From the NCBI GenBank assembly GCA_963758525.1, contig CAVWVQ010000003.1:2976001-3040000 (forward strand): a DNA stretch of 64,000 bases, read 5' to 3'. This DNA comes from an uncultured Phycisphaerales bacterium. GTDB taxonomy: Bacteria; Planctomycetota; Phycisphaerae; Tepidisphaerales; Tepidisphaeraceae. This document shows, one piece after another, positions 19,601 through 30,500 of this stretch; positions within the stretch are counted from its first letter, which is position 1; every line of letters begins with the position of its first letter. The translations under genes and the position numbers were made by a program. The notes beneath the pieces are model-generated. The model did no database searches, had not been told where the DNA came from, and saw only the letters and a program-made list of their open reading frames with translations.

Positions 19601-22600
19601 ACAACGCATTCAATAACCTGGCCGGCGGAACGGTGATCAAGTCGACCGGCGCCAGCAACGTGGTCATCGACAGCGGTGTCCCTTACAGCGGTGCCGGTAC
19701 CACTCAAGCCAGCGCCGCAATACTGGAGATCGACGGAACGACTCTGCCGCAGGACTCGTCCGGGGCGCTGACTGGCGGTACCTGGATCGCGAATAACGCC
19801 ACGCTGTCGCTTCCATCCGAACCAACCGTCTCGACCATTGGCTCCGGCGCCAAGGTAACGCTCATTGGTTCGGCAGCCTCATTCCCGCTGGTCGCCCCGG
19901 TCTCGACCGTGAACGGAACACTCGGCGTCCTCGCCGGCGCAACATTCACGACCGCAGGCGCATTGGCCAACACTGGAACTATCTCCGTCGGCGGGAAATT
20001 AACCGTTTCCGGCGACTTCATGCAAAACCTCGGCAAGTCCGGAGCCGGTTCTGGACTACCAGGTCTCCACCGCACCGGGCGGGAGCGGCGCGCCGCTCCT
20101 GGCGGTCACCGGAAACACGACGCTGGGCGGCAACCTGCAGGCCGAGCTCACCAACGGCTTCGCCGGCACAGCCAACGCCAGCTACACCGTTGCCAGCTTT
20201 GCCAATCCGACTACCGGCAGCTTCGCGTCCACGTCCGGCGTAGCGCCGGAGTTCCGCGCCACGATCAATCCGACGAGCATCGTGCTCGCTGTCGGAACTC
20301 CGCCGGCCATTACCTCGGCGTCAAGCCAGACCACCCTGGTCGGACAGCCCGAGAGTTTCACTGTCACCGCCAATGGTTATCCGCCCTCGACCTTCAGCGA
20401 AACCGGGACACTGCCGAGCGGGCTGACGTTCAATGCTTCCACCGGCGTACTGAGCGGCACGCCCGACTCGGGGACGGCCGGTCTCTACAATCTCACGTTT
20501 GGCGCATCCAATGGCGTGACTCCGCCGGCGAGTCAGGCATTTGCGCTCACCGTGGCGAAGGTGGCGACCACCACCTCTCTGACCAAGAACACCACCGCCG
20601 CCACCAAATTCGGACAAAGCGTCACCTTCACGGCGACAACCGCTGTCGTCGGCACGGACGCATTCGCACCGGGCGGGGCCGTGACCTTCAAGGATGGCAC
20701 CACGCCGCTCGGAACGGGCACGATCAGCGGCGGCATTGCAACTTTCACCACCACCGCTCTGGCTGTCGGCAGCCATTCGGTCACCGCCGTGTATGGCGGT
20801 GACGCCAATTTTATCACCAGCACGTCCAACGCCTTGAGTCAGACCGTCACCAAGGCGGCTACGACCACCGGCTTGACCTCGAGCGTTCCTGCGGGCGCGG
20901 CCTTCGGTCAAAGCGTGACCTTCACGGCCACCCCTGTCGCAGTGGCTCCGGGAGCGGGAACGCCGACCGGTACGGTTACCTTCAAAGACGGCACAACAAC
21001 ACTCGGAACCGGGACGCTCGCTGGCGGCGTCGCGACGTTCGCCATCGCTTCGCTGAGCGTCGGCGTCCATTCGATCACCGCGGTCTACGGCGGCGACACT
21101 GACTTCACCACCAGCACTTCAAGCGTATTGAGCCAGATGGTGAACCAGGCCGCCACGACCACGAAGCTCACCAAGAACCCCACGACCGCGATCAAGTTCG
21201 GTCAGAGCGTCACATTCACCGCGACGCCGACACCGAGCAGCCCCGGCGCGGGAACGCCCACCGGCACCGTCACGTTTAAGGACGGCAGCACCACGCTCGG
21301 AACCGGCGCGCTCGCCGGCGGGATCGCGACGTTCACCACCAGCGCACTGGCCGTCGGCGGCCACTCGGTGACCGCGGTCTACGACGGCGACACCGACTTC
21401 ACCACCAGCACATCCAGCGCCGTGAGTCAGACGGTTTCCAAGTCTTCGACGACCACGGGACTCGCGCAGAGCACCGCCTCCACCGAATTCGGCCAGAGCG
21501 TGACCTTCACGGCCACCCCTGTCGCCGTGGCCCCGGGAGCGGGAATGCCCACCGGCACGGTTACCTTCAAAGACGGCACAACGACACTGGGAACCAGCAC
21601 GCTCAGCGGCGGCGTCGCCACGTTCGCCACCAGTTCTCTAACCGCCGGCAGTCGTTCGATCACCGCCGCATACGCTGGCGACGCTGATTTTACGACCAGC
21701 ACTTCCCCGCCGCTCATGCACACGGTCAGCCAGGCCGGGACGAACACGACGCTCACCAAGAACACCACGACCGCCCTCAAGTTCGGCCAGAGCGTGACCT
21801 TCACCGCGACCATGGCCGTCGTCGCCCCCGGCGCAGGTACGCCCACCGGCACGGTCACGTTTAAGGACGGCAGCACCACGCTCGGAACCGGCGCGCTTGC
21901 CGGCGGCGTCGCAACGTTGGCGACCACGGCGCTTCCGGTGGGAAGCAACTCGATCACCGCCGTCTACGGCGGAGACACCAATTTCACCGCCAGCACCTCC
22001 AGCGCCCTGTCCCAGACCGTCCAGCAAGCCTCCACGACCACGACGCTCACCAAGAGCAGCACCAGCGCCCTCAAGTTCGGCCAGAGCACCACCTTCACCG
22101 CCAAGCTCGCCGCCGTCGCTCCCGGCGCGGGCACGCCGACCGGCACCGTCACCTTCAAGGACGGCTCAACCACCCTCGGCACCGGCGCGCTGGTCGGCGG
22201 AGTCGCAACCTTCACCACCACCACGCTCCCGGCTGGAAGCCATTCGATCACCGCCGTCTACAACGGCGACACGAACTTCAAGACCAGCACCTCTGGCGCC
22301 CTGAGCCAGACCATCACCCAGTCCGCCACGACCACCACGCTGACCAAGAGCTCCACCAGCGCCCTCAAGTTCGGCCAAAGCGTCACTTTCACCGCCACCC
22401 TCGCCGCCGTCGCCCCCGGCGCCGGGACGCCCACGGGCACTGTCACGTTTAAGGACGGTTCCACCACGCTCGGCACCGCCTCTCTCAGCGGCGGCGTCGC
22501 CACGTTTACCACAGCGTCGCTTCCGCCGGGAAGCAACTCGATCACCGCCGTCTACGGCGGGAACACCGACTTCACCACCAGCACCTCCAACAGTTTGTCC

Positions 22601-22912
22601 CAGACCGTGGACCAGGCGGCCACCACCAACAAGCTGACCAAGAACACCACCACCGCGATCGCATTTGGCACGAGCGTGACGTTCACCGCCACTCTGACCG
22701 CGGTGAGTCCCGGCGCCGGAACACCGACCGGGACGGTCACCTTCCTGGACAATGGCAGTTCGATCGGCACCGGGTCCCTCATCGACGGCGTCGCGACGTT
22801 CACAACCACAACGCTTCCCGTCGGCAGCAATTCGATCACCGCCACCTACGGCGGTGACACCGACTTCACCGGCAGCACCTCCAGTGCGCTGAGCCAGACG
22901 GTTCACTCCTGA
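16691..22912 (+). CDS. Giant LEPR-XLL surface protein 1: beta-helix-like ~187-aa repeats, putative Ig, ~8 Big_3 repeats; frameshifts at ~17144 and ~20026
   Basis: VEGLELRRLLS; WIGG..GDW..AANWS; ORFs 16562-17158, 17104-20802 and 20282-22912 join by single-base shifts; FGQSVTFTA..PTGTVTFKDG..HSITAVYGGD repeats. Confidence 0.8.
17150..19330 (+). repeat. Intragenic tandem repeat, ~561-bp period, ~4 units; two middle units near-identical
   Basis: Identical shadow ORFs at 17661 and 18222 (offset 561). Confidence 0.85.
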
Positions 22913-23287
22913 GCCGGGGTGTGCCCATTTTTCCGGGAGCGTATGAACCGGCGACAAGTCATTCGGCTCCGCGCTGTCGGGATGCTGTAAACGCCTCGGC
23001 AAAACGAGCGGTCAAACCCCTGAGCGATGTCGCTTTAGACCGAAAAATGCAGCCGAAAAATATACTTGCTTTGCAACACAGCCTTGGTAGCATCCCGGGC
23101 GTATTTCACACCTGTTGGGCATTGGTTTTCGCTCCGATCGGTGCAACACGGCCGGCTGCATGGGGCATCCGGTCTGTGCTCATTTCTCACCCTATTGACC
23201 CCGCGGCAGATTGCTCGAAGACGAAGAACCGGCCACGCATGCGAAACCTTGTCATCGACGCACTTCCGGGGCAGGAAACGGTACGCC

Positions 23288-26200
23288 ATGATCGTCAAGA
23301 AGTGTCACGGTGCTTCCAAATCTTTAAGCCGGAAGCGGGCCATCCACCGCTGCATTGAGATCGAAGTCTTGGAATGCCGGCGGTTGCTGACGGCGATCGT
23401 TGTCACTACCGCCATCGACTCCTCGCCCCATACCGGTGAGTCGCTGCGCGACGCGATCGTCACCGCCAACGCCGACGCCCTCGCCGGCACGTCGGATACC
23501 ATCACGTTCGACTCCAGCCTGAACGGCCAAACGATCACGCTCACCCAAAGACAACTGGAGTTGAGCGGCGCCGGAAGCGGTCTGATTACGATCGACGGCG
23601 CCAATCAGATCACGGTGAGCGGCAATGGCGCAAGCCGGGTCTTCGACGTCGACTCGGGCGTACATGCGATGATCAATGGGCTGACGATTACAGACGGCGT
23701 CGATCAGAGCAGCGACGGCGGCGGTGGAATCTACAACGCCGGCACGTTGAAGGTTACCAATTCCACGTTCTCGTCCGACACCGCGAAGGATGCCGGCGGC
23801 GGTGGCATTCAAAGTTTTTCCGGCTCTCTCACCGTCAGCACCTCGACCTTCACGGGGGATTCCACGAACGGCGCCAACGGGGGCGGCATCAACGTCTTCT
23901 TTGGCACGGCGACGGTCACGGGGTGCAATTTCTTCTCAAACTCCGCCGAATACGGCGGCGCCATCGGCGCCACTTATGACACGTTGAGCGTCAGCAACTG
24001 CGTGATAGGGGGAAACACCGCGGGATACGGCGGAGCCATCTATACTGGCGGCTCGGGCGAGATGGCGACGATCACCAACTGCCAGTTCCTAAACAACACC
24101 GCGGGCGCGGACGGGGGCGGAATTGATAACGATACATCCAGCACGGTGACAGTCAGCGTCTCGACGTTCGACAATAATTCCGCGGGCGCCGAAAGCGGCG
24201 GCGGGGGCATCGACAGCATCGGCACGCTGATTGTCAGCAACTCCGTCTTCACCGCGAACTCCGCCGGCTTCGGAGGCGGGATCTATAGCGACGGACCGAT
24301 GACGATCAGCAGCAGCACGCTTTCTTCAAATGCCGCCACCTACGGGGGCGGGGGCGGACTCTACAGCGATTCCAGCGCCGCGACAGTTGCCAACTCCACG
24401 TTCTCCGCCAACACCGCCGAGGAACCCGGTGGTGGCATCCTGATTGATGACACTCTGACAATCGTCAATTCCACCATCTCCGCAAACTCATGCAACGGTT
24501 CGGGCTACGAGGGGGGAGGGATCGCCAATGGCGGGACGCTCACTCTGTTGAGCACAATCGTCGCCGGCAACGCGAACATCCCTGACATTTCCAACGGCGC
24601 CGATGAGGCGTATGGCACGGTTAACCCCTCCAGCAACCATAATCTCATCGGCGACGGCGAAAATCTCTCCACGGTCAGCAACGGGACCAACGAAAATCAG
24701 ATCGGAACCACCTCCAGCCCGCTGCCGCCGAGGCTCTACCCGCTCTACTACAACGGCGGCGCCACGCAGACGATGGCCTTGCAAGGCGGCAGCTCTGCAA
24801 TCGATGCCGGCGGTCCGATCACGGCACTCAGCGCAGGTTCAGCCGCCACCGATACAACAATCTCCGTCAACCTCGGATCGGCGGTCTGCAGCACGCCCGG
24901 CAATTATCTGATCAAAATCGACGGGGAGCAGATGCTGGTCACGAACGTGAGCGGCAACACGCTCACCGTCGTCCGCGGCTACAACGGAACCACCGTCACG
25001 ACTCACGGCAGCGGCGCCAATGTCTTCTGGATGAATGATCAGACCGGCCAGCCGCGCGATGGCAATCCGGACATCGGGGCGTACGAATATGTGTTCGCAC
25101 CGTACAGCACGGTTGCGCCGCTTCCAGCTGTCGAAAGTACGACCAGTTTTCTGGTCACCTGGTCGGGACATCCAGCCACCAACGGTCCGTCCATTTCCAG
25201 CTATTCGGTCTACTATTCCGACAACGGCAGCGCATACATCTGGCTGATGAACACGACCGCCCCGGCCGCCGTTTTCTCCGGCGTCGACGGCCACACCTAC
25301 GGCTTTTGGAGCGCTGCCACCGACGCCCTCGGCAACGTTCAGCCCTATGCGACCGCTCCGCAGGCTTCCACCACCGTGCATGTCAACTCGGCTCCAACCA
25401 TCACCAGCTCCAGCCACAGCACTTTTACGGCGGGCGCCAACAAATCGTTTGCCGTCACCGCCAGCGGCTATCCCGCTTCCACGTTCAGTGAAACGGGGAC
25501 ACTGCCTGGCGGGCTGACGTTCAATACCACGACCGGAGTGCTCAGCGGCACTCCCGCCGCCGGGACCGTCGGCACCTACAACCTCACGTTTGGCGCGTCC
25601 AACGGCGTGGGAAGTCCCGCGAGCCAGGCCTTCACGCTGACCGTCGCCAAGGCGTCCAGCACCGCGAAACTGACGAAGAACACCACGACAGCCACCAGGT
25701 TCGGGCAAAGCGTGACCTTCACGGCGACGATTGCCCCAGCGGGAACCAACGCCATCACCCCTTCCGGAACCGTCACATTCAAAGACGGCTCAACTACGCT
25801 CGGCACCAGGACTCTCAGCGGCGGCGTCGCGACTTTCACCACCAGTTCGCTGAGCGTAGCCAGCCATTCCATTACCGCCGTCTACGCCGGCGACGGCAAC
25901 TTCACCACCAGCACCTCCAGTGCCCTGACACAAACGGTCAGCAAGGCTTCGACAACCACAACCCTGACCAAAAACACAACCGCCGCCATCAAGTTTGGGC
26001 AGAGTGTGACGTTCACGGCAAAACTTGCCGCGGTCAGCCCCGGCGCCGGCACGCCCACCGGCACCGTGACGTTCAAGGATGGCTCGACCACGCTTGGCAC
26101 TCGCACGCTCAGCAGCGGCGTCGCCACGTTCACGACCACGTCGCTCCCCGTCGGCAGCAACTCGATCACCGCCGTCTATGGTGGCGACGGCAACTTCAAC

Positions 26201-26539
26201 ACCAGCACGTCGGGCGCATTGAGCCAGACCGTGAGTCAGTCAGCAACCACCACCAAGCTGACCAAGAACACGACCACCGCCATCCATTCGGGCCAGAGCG
26301 TGACGTTCACCGCTACGCTGGCGGCAGTGAGTCCCGGCGCGGGGACGCCGACCGGCATCGTCACGTTCTATGACAACGGCAGCACCATGCTCGGCACCGG
26401 CACGCTCAGCGGCGGGATCGCGACACTGACCACGACGACACTCCCCGTCGGCAGCAATTCCATTACCGCCACGTACGGCGGCGACACCGACTTCACCGGC
26501 AGCACGTCCAACGCGCTGAGCCAGACGGTGACAAGCTGA
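23288..26539 (+). CDS. LEPR-XLL surface protein 2: CSLREA-like start, GGAI/FxxN beta-helix, choice-of-anchor-Q-like, putative Ig, 3 Big_3
   Basis: IEVLECRRLLT, ESLRDAI, GGGI/GGAI repeats, NGGATQTMAL..GSSAIDAG...DIGAYE. Confidence 0.85.
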   Translation: MIVKKCHGASKSLSRKRAIHRCIEIEVLECRRLLTAIVVTTAIDSSPHTGESLRDAIVTANADALAGTSDTITFDSSLNGQTITLTQRQLELSGAGSGLITIDGANQITVSGNGASRVFDVDSGVHAMINGLTITDGVDQSSDGGGGIYNAGTLKVTNSTFSSDTAKDAGGGGIQSFSGSLTVSTSTFTGDSTNGANGGGINVFFGTATVTGCNFFSNSAEYGGAIGATYDTLSVSNCVIGGNTAGYGGAIYTGGSGEMATITNCQFLNNTAGADGGGIDNDTSSTVTVSVSTFDNNSAGAESGGGGIDSIGTLIVSNSVFTANSAGFGGGIYSDGPMTISSSTLSSNAATYGGGGGLYSDSSAATVANSTFSANTAEEPGGGILIDDTLTIVNSTISANSCNGSGYEGGGIANGGTLTLLSTIVAGNANIPDISNGADEAYGTVNPSSNHNLIGDGENLSTVSNGTNENQIGTTSSPLPPRLYPLYYNGGATQTMALQGGSSAIDAGGPITALSAGSAATDTTISVNLGSAVCSTPGNYLIKIDGEQMLVTNVSGNTLTVVRGYNGTTVTTHGSGANVFWMNDQTGQPRDGNPDIGAYEYVFAPYSTVAPLPAVESTTSFLVTWSGHPATNGPSISSYSVYYSDNGSAYIWLMNTTAPAAVFSGVDGHTYGFWSAATDALGNVQPYATAPQASTTVHVNSAPTITSSSHSTFTAGANKSFAVTASGYPASTFSETGTLPGGLTFNTTTGVLSGTPAAGTVGTYNLTFGASNGVGSPASQAFTLTVAKASSTAKLTKNTTTATRFGQSVTFTATIAPAGTNAITPSGTVTFKDGSTTLGTRTLSGGVATFTTSSLSVASHSITAVYAGDGNFTTSTSSALTQTVSKASTTTTLTKNTTAAIKFGQSVTFTAKLAAVSPGAGTPTGTVTFKDGSTTLGTRTLSSGVATFTTTSLPVGSNSITAVYGGDGNFNTSTSGALSQTVSQSATTTKLTKNTTTAIHSGQSVTFTATLAAVSPGAGTPTGIVTFYDNGSTMLGTGTLSGGIATLTTTTLPVGSNSITATYGGDTDFTGSTSNALSQTVTS

Positions 26540-26939
26540 CGGGCGCATGACTGAGAGGCTTCTATAGCTTCGAAGCCATCGCGGCGCGGTACCGCGCAGA
26601 ACGTTGTCGGTCCGAGCTTCCGGAAGATCAGGAGGTTAGTCGCGACGCGCAGTGGAGCGAGTCCGGGAAGAGCTCAATGCGGGATTTGGCACAGCATCGC
26701 CGGCGGGGTTGGATGACTCTGCGTCGTTCCGGGTTGAGAGGTGAGATCGCCGCGAGAAAAAACGAAGACGCAAAAAGAGGGGGTGATGTTACGGATTGAA
26801 TGAAGCGCCGTGCGTCGCCGAACGCCTACGGAGCTTGCTCCATAGGGTCTTCCCCCGGAGAAATCCCAACCGCAAGGCGTGCCGGTGTTCAAAGGGCTGC
26901 GGACTTCATCCAAACCGGACCGCTGTATTCTGCGAGCGA

Positions 26940-27065
26940 TCACTTCGCCGACGATCGCATGATCCGCGAAAGCAATTCCGGCGGATGAACGTTGAGCGCC
27001 TGTCAGTCCCGAATGAACATCGTGTAGGTCAGCTGGGATTTTCCCCGTCGGACGCTGTTGGGTTC
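26940..27065 (-). pseudogene. Degenerate XRE-type HTH fragment, copy 2
   Basis: SVRRGKSQLTYTMFIRD*QALNVHPPELLSRIMRSSAK* with an in-frame stop. Confidence 0.65.
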
Positions 27066-27312
27066 ACAGCCGTTCCGGGTCGAGGGCCTTTGTGGAATTT
27101 CATCGCCTTCCGGCCGCAGCGTTTGCCCATTCGGCGAGATGCGATCCAGAGCACGAAGAAAAATTGCCACAAAGGGCACAAAAAACGCAAATGGGAATGC
27201 TGTGGAAGGACGAGTAGCGAAAACGATGAGATCGCGTCCTAATTCTTCTTTTTTGACCTTCGCGTGGTTTCGCGGCAATAGACCTTGCGGCATTTCGGAG
27301 CGGCGAAAAATT

Positions 27313-27504
27313 CTACTTCGAGGCGGATCGCATGATCCGCGCAAGCAAATCCGGCGGATGCACATTCAGCGCCTTGCAGAGCCGAATGAACATCGCCACG
27401 GTCGGCTGCGATTTTCCCCGTTCGACGTAGCTGATATGCACGTCAGTGCGTTGACGCTTCTCGATCGCGCGAACAATTTTGTTCGGCCGATTACCCTTGA
27501 CCAT
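27313..27504 (-). pseudogene. 5'-truncated XRE-type HTH regulator, copy 1
   Basis: HISYVERGKSQPTVAMFIRLCKALNVHPPDLL; helices 1-2 not recognisable. Confidence 0.65.
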
Positions 27505-27572
27505 GAGCGATTTTTAAGTAAAAGTGCGGTCGCTACGATGGTGCAGCGCAAATCAAAAGGGAGGTCTTCGTG

Positions 27573-30500
27573 ATGCCTCGCAAAAGTCGCCGCGGAAACC
27601 GACCGAATTCTAGGTCGCAGCCCTCCACGCTGCTCGGACATAGCCGGTTTCAAGTCGAACATCTCGAATGCCGCCTTCTCCTGACCATCACGCCGAATCA
27701 AGCGATAACTTTTGTCAACGACACTTGGGGGCTAACGCAGCTTAGTACAGACGCAATATCCCAAACACTGGGCAAGAGCTATTCGCCGCAAGCAGTCAGC
27801 TTTATGACCTTGGTCGATACACTGGTGCATGGAACCTTGATCTCGGACGACATCATTTCTGGACAATATTCGAAGGCCGCGAGCGACGCAGCCAACTGGG
27901 GCATTGATCTTGGTAGTGAGGCCGCCCTTGAAGCAATCGGGTTGGCAGGGGTTGGTGACGTGGCGCAATTGGCCGCGTTTCCTATTCAATTTGGGTTAAG
28001 CGAGTTTTATCAAGCCGTCCAAGATCACTCATTTGGGTACCAGGCGCAGCTTTTCTTCGACGCCGTCGCCGCCGGAAATGACCCGAGCCAAATTATTGCC
28101 GCTGCCAGCAATGATCCTCCTAACGTGCTGGATGGCGATTTCTTTACGACGAGCGAGGGGTGGCTCGTAAATCAGCAGACGAACTATAACACGCCGGCGA
28201 CAACGCTTGGCGGGACGATGACCGCTCCGCAGTTTTTTGAATTGCTTCAAAGCGAGTATGAACTCCTCAACGCGCAACAGGTGCTCTCCGCGAATAGCAA
28301 TCAATTGAAGCTAGCATTTCAGGCGGCGGCGACCACCGCGACACCCGGCGACCCCACTATTCTGAGCGCTTATTCGTCACCTGCGGTTGTATCCGCCGGC
28401 AGCCCAACTTCCATTGCGTATTCAATCAGTGCTCCCACCGCAACGAATGTTTTGCTTGGTGCCAGCCTCCAACCTGTTGGCGGTGGCGCGGAAGTATCGC
28501 TTTCGTACGCACTTGGCCCTGCGGTGCCGTTGCACGCTGGTGGGAACTCGCCCTCGCGACAATACACTGTGCCAGCCGGAACACCCTCCGGTATTTACAA
28601 CCTTGACGTCAAACTCTGGCAGGATGAGAACGGCGATGCGACAATCGACAACGGCGACGTGCAGCTCAGCCAGCTAACAGCACAGAATGCGGTAACCATA
28701 CAGCCAACACAAGTGGTGACGACCGGCCAAGCGATGATTAGCTCCGTAATCCCGCCTTTATCAATTTCGTCTAGCCCGCAAACACTAAAGGTTCTTGGCA
28801 CGGGTTTCAGCTCTTCGTCCACGCTGTCGTTCATATTCAACGGCGGCTCACCGATTCCAAGCACGGCTGCACAATTGCATTGGATTAGTCCGACGGAAAT
28901 CGACTACGATTTCTACACCGGACCATCGCCTGGACGATGGTCTGTTTATGAAACCGATGCCAGCGGTTCATCGGCTCCGTTCGGCTTCAGCGTAGGCGCC
29001 GCCGCGATTGACACAACGCCGCCGACAGCCGCGCTTTACTTTCCGTCTAGCGGGTCTTCTGTCTCGCAGTCAACGCTCAACGCCGGCGGATTTTTCCAGG
29101 TAACGTATTCGGACCTCGGTACCGGCGTGAATACCGCGGCGATCACCAGCAGCGGACCGACGTTCGGACTGCTCGGCTCCGCCGCCGCTGGCGTCACGAT
29201 GCTCCCGTCTCCGCCAACTTTGGTCTCCCGGACCACGTCGACTTACCGCTACGGCTTCACGGGATCGTTTGGGACCGGTGCCGTGACCGTAGGTTTCGTC
29301 GGCGGCGCCTTCCGGGACAATGCCGGAAATGGAAACATTGCAGCAAGTCAGACCTTCACTGTCACTTCGAGTGCCGTGCAAACGGGGGGGCTCCAGGAAA
29401 CGATCACTCCACAGACGGCTATCGCCGCTGGCGCCCAGTGGAGCGTGGACGGCGAGAACTATGTGAACAGTGGGACGGTCATTTCAGGTCTGTCGCCCGG
29501 GACACATACGCTTCAGTTCAAGCCCATCAGCGGGTGGACAACGCCCGCGACGCAGACCGTCACAGTCGCAGCCGGGCAGACAACGCCGTACAGCGCGGTT
29601 TACTCGCAGCAGCAGTCCGGCCCCTACTACTTGAGCGTTCTGTCGGATAACGGCAACGTATACCGCAGTCCCATCGCCTCGTATTACGCTGCTGGAACTA
29701 CCGTTACCCTCGATGCGGCGCCAAATGATGGATACAAATTCAATGGATGGAGCGGCGGTGCCAGCGGAATGCAGAATCCGCTCACCATTACTTTGAATTC
29801 AAATCAGTCAATTACCGCGAATTTCGTGGTAGCGGCCAGCACCTTGGGCGCGATGCAAATAACTATTACGCCGGCGGCCGCGGTGGCGGCCGGCGCGAAG
29901 TGGCGCGTGGGCGGCGGCCCGTGGCTGGACAGCGGAGCAATCGCCACCAATTTATCGATTCCCTGGGCCACCGTGCAGTATCTCGCGGCCCCAGGATTCA
30001 CACAGCCGAATGACGAGTTTGTGCCGACAGTCGCGGGCCAGACAACAGTGATCACTCGCCAGTACGCGGCGTTGCCGCAAGTCGGAAATCTTCAGGTGGC
30101 GATTCCATCGGCGGGAGCGACGGCCGCCGGCGCTATGTGGCGAGTCGATAGCGGCACCTGGTTGAGCAATGGCGCGCTGGTTTCAGGATTGGCCGCTGGA
30201 AGTCATCAGGTGGACTTCGAGCCTGTCCCGGGCTGGATCACTCCCGCGAGCCAGACCATCATGATCCAGACCAATCAGACAACGTTGGCCAGTGGCGACT
30301 ACGCTCCAGCAGGCGGGGCTCCTGCAATCTCGTCGATCGGACCAAACACGGGCCCGCTCGCCGGCGGTACGACGGTCGTCATCACCGGCGTCAATTTCGC
30401 GGCTCCGGCGAGCGTTACGTTCGACGGCATCGCAGCTACGAACGTCACCGTCAATAGTGCCAACCAGATCACGGCAACGTTGCCGGCGCACTCCACGTAC

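Noticed and set aside
20560..22900. Regularly spaced repeats as a CRISPR array
   Set aside because: ~294-bp coding Big_3 units with no short repeat/unique spacer structure and no cas genes
26750..26900. c-di-GMP-I riboswitch (GACGCAAA) or other structured leader
   Set aside because: Only one short motif matches; the paired elements could not be identified by eye
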